This document shows, piece by piece, positions 54,216 to 64,000 of a stretch of 64,000 nucleotides of DNA. This DNA comes from Octopus vulgaris (taxonomy: Eukaryota): NCBI GenBank assembly GCA_951406725.2, contig OX597818.1:4960001-5024000 (forward strand). Reading direction: 5' to 3'. The position numbers were made by a program, and so were the translations under genes. Below the pieces are notes generated by a model, which saw only the letters and a program-made list of their open reading frames with translations, ran no database searches and was not told the origin of the DNA. Positions within the stretch are counted from its first letter, which is position 1. Each line of letters starts with the position of its first letter.

Positions 54216-56426
54216 TTATTGCTTATTTAGCTTGGGTTCGAATTTATCAATAACATTCTTTTCTCTGATTTTCCTCTCGATTTCACTTGGGCTGTGTAAT
54301 TTGTAGAATGGAAATATTATATATATTTTCCGGCCACATGTTGCTAGGTGGTTACTCAAAGGTATCTGACGGACCTCTGGGTCTCTAATCTGTTGCCGGT
54401 GTACACGTGAGCTTTCTGATAGTGCGTTTCCCGTCTGACCTACATATATTTTTTCACAATTTGGGCATTTGATGCAGTAAATTAAATTTCTGCTTTTGCA
54501 GTTCATATTCGCGTTTGTGAATATTTTCCCGGTTTTTGTGTTTATATATTGGCCGGTATGTATGAATTGGCATGTGCCACCTCGGCTATCATTGCATTTA
54601 GATACAGTGAATGTTTGGTCTTTGTTGCCTTAGTTAGTAGTTCTTTCAAGTTTTTAGGCTGTCTTTTACTAAGCACCATAGCTCGATCCGTGATTATGTC
54701 TTTTAAATCATTACTTTGGGCAATGATTGGTAGGTTTGCTTTGGCAATGTTGAAGATATTCTGGTGACATGGATTGTGTGTCACTATGAATGGTATGACT
54801 TGTTCTTGTTTTCCTCTTCCTTGTGTTGTCCTAAGTTGTTGTATGGGTATTTTTATAACCCGCTGTATGCCATTTTCTATAAGTAGAGATGGGTATATTT
54901 GTTTGAGGAAAACTTCTCTTAGTTCTATTAGGCGTTTGTTCCTGATATTTGCATCTTCTATAATGGTACAAATTCTTCTGGCTAGGCAGTATGGGATGTT
55001 GCGTTTTGTATGTGGTGGATGGCACGACTTAAAATTTAGGTATTGATGTGTGTCTGTGTGTTTATCGTATATATCTGTGGTGATGGTGGTGTCTTTTTTA
55101 ATTACCATTATATCTAGGAAGGGTAATTTGGTACTACTCATCTCCTTTGTAAATTGGAGAGATGGGCGTAGGTTGTTCAGGAGGATATTGAACTCTTCCA
55201 GAGTATTTAGAGATTCTGTCCAGATTATGAAGCAGTCGTCAAGGTATCTCTTCCATGCTTTTTCAATATACTTTCTAAATCCAGTGCCATAGTTTACCTC
55301 CACCTCTTGGTAGAGTTGTTGTTCTAAGTATCCCATTACAGAGTTGGCGTAAACGGGAGCAAACCTCGTTCCCATCGCCGTGCCTCTAATTTGGATGTAA
55401 TTCTTTCCATTGAAGAAGAATGTGTTGTTTTCTAGAATAAGTTTGACTGTGTCTAATATAAATGGCACTGTGAATCTGCTGGGAATCACTTCTCTATGTT
55501 TTTTTAACCAGTATTTAATCGCCTTTATTCCTAAATCGTGTGGAATATTGATGTAGAGGCTTTCCACATCAAAACTTAGTAAAACTGAATTTGTTTCTGT
55601 TGTTTTGGGAAGATGGGACAGGAAGTCGATGTCATCCCTGATGAAACTGGGTATGTAAGTACATAGTGGTTTCAAAACAATGTCAATAAAATTGCTTAGA
55701 CGGTGGGTAGGGCATGCTGGACCAGCTATAATAGGTCTAAGTTTTAGGTCTTTTGGATGTAGTAATTTTATGTACTCACTTTCTTGGTCTTTTACTGCCT
55801 GTTGAATATCTTTTGATTTATGTATTTTCGGTAAGCCGTAGAAGTTGCTGGGTTTTGGTTCGAAATTGGTGATGTAGTCTCTTTCATTATCGGTAAGTGA
55901 GTTGTAGTGTTTTGAGATCAGGTTGTTGATCTTTTTCATGATGTGGTGGTCTATATTTGCGGGTATTTCACAATAGAAGGTTGTGTCCTTCAGTTGGTCC
56001 TCAACCAAATCCTTATAGTATTCGGTATCCATAATAACAATTGCACCACCTTTATCTGCTTGTTTAATTATTATTGTTTGATCGTTTTGTATACGTTTAC
56101 ATGCAGACATCTCTGATTTGTTAATGTTTGGCCTAACATTTGTGAGGTTGTCCACTTTTAATGCTTTTTCTCAGAGTTCTGGTGTCTTTACCGTAATTTG
56201 TAGCATATTTGTCGAGAAATAATTGTTTCCGCTGCCAAAACTTTCTTGATCTGCTTTCTTCTTTTGAGATATCTCTGGTCCATAGTTCTCGCATTTTTTC
56301 TGCTATATTGCCGGTTGTTAGTTTGGATATTTCGTCTCTGATTTGATCATCGATAGCTTCGTATTTGGCTTTGTAGCTGGATTGTTTAGACTGGGCAATG
56401 GAGATGTCGGTCCTGAATTTTATCAA
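54216..56426 (-). pseudogene. PLE RT (537-aa ORF) + GIY-YIG, frameshifted
   Basis: IKQADKGGAIVIMD, YGLPKIHK, LRPII, SFDVESLY, GTAMGT, RYLDD, LPFLD; CKSRNLIYCIKC..IYVGQTG..RE..LN. Confidence 0.93.
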
Positions 56427-56925
56427 ACTAAGGTCCCATCGAGAGGAAAATCAGAGAAAAGAATTTTATTGATAAATTCGAACCCAAGCTAAATAAGCAA
56501 TAATAATAATACTTAGATAGCAGGAAAATTATCTTATTTAGGGTTAAAAGTTCTATTGCCACCACCATCACCACTAGCAACAATAATTAAGGTGCTGACA
56601 ATGGTGATGATGACAATTGAAATATAAAAATATAAAAATCTCTGACAAAGGCTATGTACAACATTTCTAAAAATAGCCCAACAGTTGCTGCTTCAGCCAG
56701 GGTCAAGATACAGGACTCTTGACATATTCAACAAAACGTGACGCCTAAACCAGTCAGCTCAACCAACCAATCAGCTTAAGTAATTGAGTGATACTACACC
56801 CTGATTGGTCAGAATACAGTTTGCAAAACCTAGCATCTGGAGCCTACACAGCTGTATTTAAAGCACAGATTCAATCATCTCGCTACAGTAACAAATTGTG
56901 AAGCATGACTATCACCACTACTACA

Positions 56926-56970
56926 TGAACCTGAAGATTGCAGAATTTAATGCATGAAAGTACTTGTTCA
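56926..56970 (+). ncRNA. Type I hammerhead motif in the inverted pLTR
   Basis: TGAAC-CTGAAGA-t TGCA gaatttaa TGCA t-GAAA-GTAC-TT-GTTCA; palindromic stem III AGTACT. Confidence 0.78.
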
Positions 56971-57094
56971 ATCAGAATGAACATTTAACATTCTATTATT
57001 TTATTTTATTTTATTATATTATATTATATTATATTATATCATTATAAGATTGTAAATAAAACGTGAAAATCAGACAAGGTTGGAATTCCTTTTA

Positions 57095-57172
<78 letters not shown>

Positions 57173-58297
57173 AGTGTGTGTGTTCGACTCTATGTGTATG
57201 TGTGTCTGTCTGTCTGTCTGTATGTATACGTATGAACTTGAAACTTCTTGACTAAGAATTAGTTTTCCTTTCTCCTTCTACATTCTTTTCCTCTAAGCAC
57301 TTATGATAGCAAAAGCTAATTAGGTCATATTATCTAAACAAGAGCGGAAGATTTCCACTTTGCGTTTCTGTAATAGTATTTGCTTTTATTCGTTCCCTAA
57401 CTTGATGGACATATATCAACAAATCAGCCGACATTAAAAATATGTCGTGAGACATATCTTTATTGATGTACTTGATGAAACTCAGACTGTTGGGTCGAAA
57501 CATATGTTGTACACAATAAATATCTAATACCGAATCCAACTCCTGTTAATTAATATTACACACACACACACATTCATTCATTTATTTATTTATATATTTA
57601 ATAACTTATAAGTAATAAATTGTATTTAAATAAACACTCCGTGAATGATCAAATTAAAATAAAGATGGGAACAAATTTTATAGAAAATTGTACTCTCACC
57701 ATTTGAAAAAATCTAGCTCCATACATGTGATTCATAGTGAATCGCATCTCCATTGAAATATATAAAAGTTATTTTAAAGATATGTCATAATCCAAACTAT
57801 CAACAAATAAGATTAATACATCTAAATAAATAACAGATTGTAATAATATTTGAAATTCTCTAAATTAAATAAGTAGATGTTAAATAAATATATTAATTTG
57901 GATACTTACTAATATAAATATTTTTATTCTTTTGACAAGTGAACAGGGATAGGAGTAGCAACTAGCCTCTAAATAACATATCTAAATTCTATTAACGGTG
58001 AATAGTAATATGACCTAGTTCTTCAGGACGGCAACAATCCATTGTCCGTTGTAGTCGTAGTTTTATATCTAGCTATTTTTAGAACGGAATTTAAAGACAT
58101 ACATGCTCACACAAATGCTACTATTTAATCAGTAAAGAACTCTCAATCCTTTAGGATGTAAATGAATACATGTCAATTTTGCCCTAGAGAGATTTGAAGG
58201 TGATAAATTGAAATGTGCATAGGCGACATGAAATCGACTATTATATAAATAAATCGATCTTTTCTGTGTTCACACTCTCCATTTTCTTTATATTATA

Positions 58298-58803
58298 TCT
58301 ATATATATAAAACTCTAGTTGTGTGAGTGTCTGTCCCCTTCGATTTAGATTCCTAACTCCTCCCATATTTTGCGGTGCAGTTTAACCAAATTCGGGTATC
58401 TTATAGTCGTGATTCATATCGAGCCCGTCTGACTATTAGCGCGCGTCAACGATGAGTCTACGATTTTAAAAATAATTTAACATAATTTTTTATTCCATTT
58501 TAATGCATAAAATGCATCGTATGTCGATGGCGGCGGAGTTGGCGTCCACGCTCACAGCTGCACCTGTTTGCTTCTCCCCCTTCCCTCCCTCGTGAAGCTG
58601 TGGGGAAGGGAGTGTAAAGAAATCAACGTCGTAATGCGTTGTGAAGGAAACCAGCGTTCTTTTAGAACAACGACTTCATGGCTTGAAGACACCAAAACAA
58701 AAATGGCTAAGAAAGCCCGAATTTATAAAGGAAGTAACTCTCTAAAAATGCTTATATAGTTATTTCCCTTACAAACCCGAGCAACGCCGGGCGATACTGC
58801 TAG
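58298..58803 (+). mobile_element. Complete non-autonomous Helitron (~506 bp)
   Basis: A|TCTATATATATAAAA ... cccgagcaacgccggg hairpin ... CTAG|T; A/T target site, no TSD; termini shared with 27757-28596. Confidence 0.9.
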
Positions 58804-61800
58804 TAACATATAAATTTAAAATTTACAAGCCATGTATTAAACAAGTATGGTATTTTAAACTAAGGGATAAAATTTACTACAGCATTGTTAGAAAATTATC
58901 TCCTTTCTCAGCCGCAATAAAATGTAACCTTAAATAGGAAAACTGCAAAATTGTTCTTTTCAACCACAACAAATTTAGCCCTGTATATAACTGCATTTAT
59001 CTAAGTTAAAATAATGCTATGGAGAAATTATTCGCTTAAACCTCCTCAACTCGAATTGCCTGGCCAAGAAAATAGTATACAAATGAATAGCAATATATAC
59101 TACAGATGATCTTTTACAACGAAGCCTATACTGTATTAACTATTAATAATAATAAAGTATGATATACTTATCACGCTTCTTTCAAAATATCGAGTAAAAA
59201 CTCAAGCGCATTATCTAAGCAAATATTGAAACTAGCAATACAGTGTATAGCCTGTAATAGTTTATACTGAATACAGTAAAGGGTACGCATACTACAGCAG
59301 TCTATGTGCTGGACGGAAACATGCAATACTCTTCTGCTCAGTAAACCTTACCAAACATGTTTCAGACAGGGAAGTCACATAGCCTTCTAATTTAAACGAT
59401 CACCTTATTAATGTACTGTAAAACATAACAAATTGAAATAGCTGACATCTTAGTCACTCTTGCATTAATTATCTACAACATAATGATCCACATAAGTATT
59501 CTTTATTCCCAAGCTTTACCCCCATTAACAAATGCTACATTCTTTCTGATTATTTCTTCTTCGTAATTTAGTTACTTAAAGTTTGAGATATAATGCAGAT
59601 GTATATACAGCTTCGAGATCAATAATCTTTCTTTGTCTGAAAATAAATGTGACACAGTAATTTTTATTCCATATCATGTAAAGCTATTCAAAAGCTACCG
59701 CAAACTGCTATAAACACATTAAATATAAGCAAACAATCCTCGCAGATGAGTGCGGAACACATAAAGTCTAAAATATTTTTAAACCACCACATTTTAATAT
59801 TAACTTTTTTAATTGGGCGCATTGAACAGAATTGACGTTACTTGTTCTGGTTAGGAAATTTAGTTTTAAGAAGTTCGGTGATTATATAACAATGAAATAT
59901 ATATTCTTAGGTAAAGATATCTTCGATAGAGCTGTACCCTTTCTTAATGTGCTTCGATTGAAAATCGGCATTAACGAAAATTTGTGCCTATGGGAAATCC
60001 ATATCCTAGTCCAATCCTCTGTGTAATGTAGATGTCTCCATGGAGGAGAATATGTTCGTACTTCGTATCACGTAACTCTTCATCCGGCTGTTGCGTTTTG
60101 TACAATTTCTCGGGAAGACGAAATTGATAACTGTTTTCACAGGGTGAATTGTGAGTGGTCTTCTGAGAAAGATTTTCACTTATATTACTTTGAACAATTA
60201 CATTAAGTGCCTTGAAAAAGTGAACAGACAGGGAACCCAATTCATTTTTTCCTGGTTTTGACCTGACATGAAGGAGTGCGAGTACGGGTACTGAGTGTAT
60301 CTTCCTATTCTAGCATTGGCATTAAATCCAGTGCACTAACTTGGGATGTAGTCAAGTGCGGTATCTTGAAACAGCAATATCTGAAGCGGCAGTTGATTTG
60401 TGGTTTGTTTTCAACATTTGTAAATGGATATAACATTCTAAACTTCAAGTATGCATAATTTTTTTTCTGTTACAGGTTGTTATGCTAGAAGCGAATTTGT
60501 AAGGCAAAGGTCACACATCTTAAATTACGTATTAAGATTACTTTTATCCTTAAATCCAATAATTTTCTTAATCATATTGGAGTTAATAGGAACAGGTTCA
60601 GTATGCTTGCTTGTATTCCTTTCTACTAAAATATGTAAAATATCTATACGTTCTTTAGATAGAAGCATTAAATACATGCATTCAGTAAAGTATTTGTATG
60701 CATATATGGGTGTGTGTGTGCGCTTGTATGTTTACATGTGTGTGTGTATGCAACCGTATGGAAGAAGTAATCATTGAACTTGCTATAAAAGAACACTATT
60801 TCATAGAAATTATGTAGAAGGGTGATGTTATACCGAAAAGAAATGTACCATGAAGATCAGTTGTCCATGCACTGATACACAAAATGCAGGTACTAGGACG
60901 TGTGAAAGGTCTTCAAATCAAAAGTATTATTTCAGTTTTCAATTATTTATTGTTAAATGTGAAGTAATTCAAGACCAATATGTATGCATTTGAAATAATC
61001 ATTTTGCTAGTCAAAAAAAAAAAAAAAAGATATTGAAAAATGCAAGCATCTGCTCTGAAGGAATAAAGAAGTGCATGCATCTGCTCAGAAGCAAGTAGAA
61101 ACTTACTAGAGTGACAACTGCGTGCTTTTATGGATGATATTACCACCCTACTGGTAACTAGGAGTGAATAAAAAAACTTTCCTAGCGTGGTTGGAGTAGC
61201 CACCCCTGCAATATCATCGTAACACCAAATAGCCAAAAATGCAGTCTCTTCACGAAGTGGTCATGTTTAGCAATTCTGCCTTAAAACTGGAACGGAGTTT
61301 ATTTAAATAGTCAGCAGGCAATTATTTACAGTCTCAGCCGTGTCTTAACATTTTCGTTAAAATCTGGCAAGGGAGTGTTGAGATTCGGGCTAAGTTGAAA
61401 AAGTGACTAACTGCTAATAGTAAATCCAGTTTGGCAAAGGAATTTAAGGTGAGAATTATAGGTACTATCCTTATGCTGAAACATGTGTGTCTAGTTGCAA
61501 TGTATAGAATATAACTAATATGAGTGTGGAGAATTGAAATGTAAACTATAAAAAGCCTCTAAATATGGCTGTTTTTCTGAGGTTGGAATGTATAGTGTAG
61601 TAAGATAATTTTAGCTGCCATTAAAATAGTTGTTGGGGTAACTTAAAACAGCAAAAGCCCTCTGTTACATGTTTCAGAATTTGGTAAATCCTGTTGTTTA
61701 TGCAACCCATTCAAAGTAAATAGAGTTTGAGAACTGCTTTCGACTAGCTAGACCACGCAGACAATGAAAGAAGCGATGCATACTGTGAAGAATACACGAG

Positions 61801-63330
61801 TTAAGCTAAACATACAGATATCCTATCAGAATATCAAGAGAAAGCTAGCTATTGTGGCTGAAAAAATTAGTCATATTGAATGGTTGAAGTCTACAATTAA
61901 AGTATTAACCAAGAAACCAGTGCTCAAGGAGAAGGTCGGAGAAAGCCACACAAAGAAGATTATCGAAATTCATGTGAAAAATAGAAGAGACCAGATTGCG
62001 ATTCTCCTGAGAGCCGTGTAGGAAGTACTTCCCCTCAGATCAGCATTAGCTGTGGAGACTGAATTGATACTGCTGGTTATCATCATTGTGAATATTACGC
62101 AAAGTAGTAGCATGTTCTGATTAATATTACACTAGTTGGAGCAAGTGTGTAATCACTTGTGTGTAATCTGATGGAATATTCTAATGCAGTGAAACAACAA
62201 TGCTGTACCATCACCATTGTGTACCATTTGGAAAGGATTGGTCTTAGGAAGGTCAACAGATTCATGAACTGGACAGAGAAGCAAAAAATGTTTTATCATG
62301 TTTGCTGCAGATGTATGCGAATGAAATAAAAAAAAAACTGAATGCAGAAAATTCCCTAGTAAGTAGTATAACAATATATCCTTGTATAGTTGAAATGCTT
62401 ATGAATGTAAGCAATTTCTTGTGGTAGCTGCATTAATAATTGGAAGAAAAATGTATATTACTACATGAACCAAATGAACCCAGGCATTCCCTGGTAGCAG
62501 CAATGCTTCTTAATACTGCTAGAGTGAGTGACACTATCAGACAGTTGTCGAAATTGTTGTGATCTCCAGTCGATAGATGATAAACTGAGTTTTCCGAAGC
62601 ATAAGTGGTATGTAAAATATTGTAGCTATTTCAAAAATGAGCTGTTATCGTTTGTTTTCTAATTAATTAGAATCCAATAATATGTCATGATTTAGATGAA
62701 AATGTGATAAGAAACTTATATTTACATAAGAAATAAAGAAATATATTGCTTTTGTAAGCAAGTGCACATTCAGAAATTAAGTAATTTTCACGCGTTCTTT
62801 ACAACTGGAATATCACGAAGAACTTATTCTGTTTCAGCACGTTTCTTAACGTCAGTATGAGTGCTCATTACTATGAACTTGGAATGCAATTTTCAAGATG
62901 AATAACCTGAGGCATTTAGAAAGTAATTCGATGGTTGGAATTAGCAGAAACGTATTTTATTTCGGTAAATACTTGAAAAACGAATCATTAATATACAATG
63001 AAAAGTCTGATTTTAGGCTTTCTTCGAAATATCTTATGTCACTGAAGTTCCTTTTGTTAGGCCCTTGGCGTACAATTAGCTTGCCAACATCATATTATCA
63101 TTAAATCGAAATTTACTCCACCTTCCCCCTTGTAAATTAGGTACTTATTGTCAAAAAAATTACTTTTAAATGTACTCCTCAATTCTGCCACCGAATACAA
63201 TTCATGCAACGAACAACAGAATATGGTCTCCTAAAGAATATACTGGTGACTATTGCTTAGTGAAAGTATTTGTTGGTTAATTAAATTGCTAATGCTTGGA
63301 AGGTGTGGTTCAAATTATTGGCGAGATAAA

Positions 63331-63380
<50 letters not shown>

Positions 63381-63382
<2 letters not shown>

Positions 63383-63926
63383 CATATAAAATCCGTTCTG
63401 TCTGTCTGTGTGTCTTCTAGGATCTCGGGCATCCTCCACCCGATTGCGCTCAAATTTGATATGTAGATACCGACGGTATCGGAGCGTGTATAAGTCTTGA
63501 AAAAATTACAAAAATCGATTCCAGGTGAGAATGCGATCGATAAAGCCGTGGGAACGTGCATTTGTACGCACAAGTGCATCAGCTGTTGCGATCGATACTA
63601 CGCGTACGCGAGAAAAATGCACGTGCAGTTTGCGCAAAAAAAAGTCGGCTGGCTTGAAATAATGCCACAAAATGCAGTATATTTAAGAGACATAAAAAGT
63701 AAGATGCAAAAGAGATATTTTCTTCAAACTTGGCATGAAGGAAGGAAAGACTATTTGGTTTCTCGAGAAGTGTTTTGTTTGTTTTGCCTTTACTTCGTTT
63801 AACAAAACCAAAAATTTTATTGAAATAAAGGCATGCTTAATTGTTTTTTAATGAAAAGAAAACACTGATTGCTTTTTATTCAGCAGATATGATTCAGCAC
63901 CGTCCATTGGACGGGGGCGTTTTGCT

Positions 63927-63929
<3 letters not shown>
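63381..63929 (+). mobile_element. Probable non-autonomous Helitron-like element
   Basis: The 5' end tcatataaaatccgttctgtctgtctg resembles the other Helitron starts. There is a 3' hairpin ccgtccattggacgg, but no clean CTAG. Confidence 0.45.
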
Positions 63930-63978
<49 letters not shown>

Positions 63979-64000
63979 CATACGAGCAAAACGTATATAT

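Larger units (their letters stand above)
53641..57100 (-). mobile_element. Penelope-like element with ~650-bp inverted pLTR at its truncated 5' end, next to (TA)n
   Basis: 53641-54279 is the near-exact reverse complement of 56439-57100; RT and GIY-YIG ORFs lie between. Confidence 0.95.

Overview
AT-rich eukaryotic genomic DNA made almost entirely of transposable elements and microsatellites ((TA)n, (CA)n, (AAT)n, (TACA)n). The SINE families and repeat content look like a coleoid cephalopod, probably Octopus; this is inference from recall, not a search. No host protein-coding exon could be supported. The window holds: at least seven Penelope-like elements (PLEs), including one apparently intact 708-aa RT+GIY-YIG element with direct pseudo-LTRs (23671-26503) and one with ~650-bp inverted pseudo-LTRs (53641-57100); several type I hammerhead-ribozyme motifs read directly from the sequence, some with a non-canonical CCGA core; a near full-length decayed RTE LINE; several R4/Dong-like RLE LINE fragments in (AAT)n tracts; a repeated ~555-bp non-coding TG...CA element found only in (AAT)n; non-autonomous Helitrons, one carrying a PIF1 helicase fragment; mariner/Tc1 and hAT-like relics; and tRNA-derived SINEs. 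The most notable patterns are a size series of foldback (inverted-ended) elements in (TA)n, several of them PLE-derived, the variant hammerheads, and the apparent split of microsatellite targets between PLEs (TA) and Dong-like/555-bp elements (AAT). Coordinates were counted by eye and boundaries are approximate.
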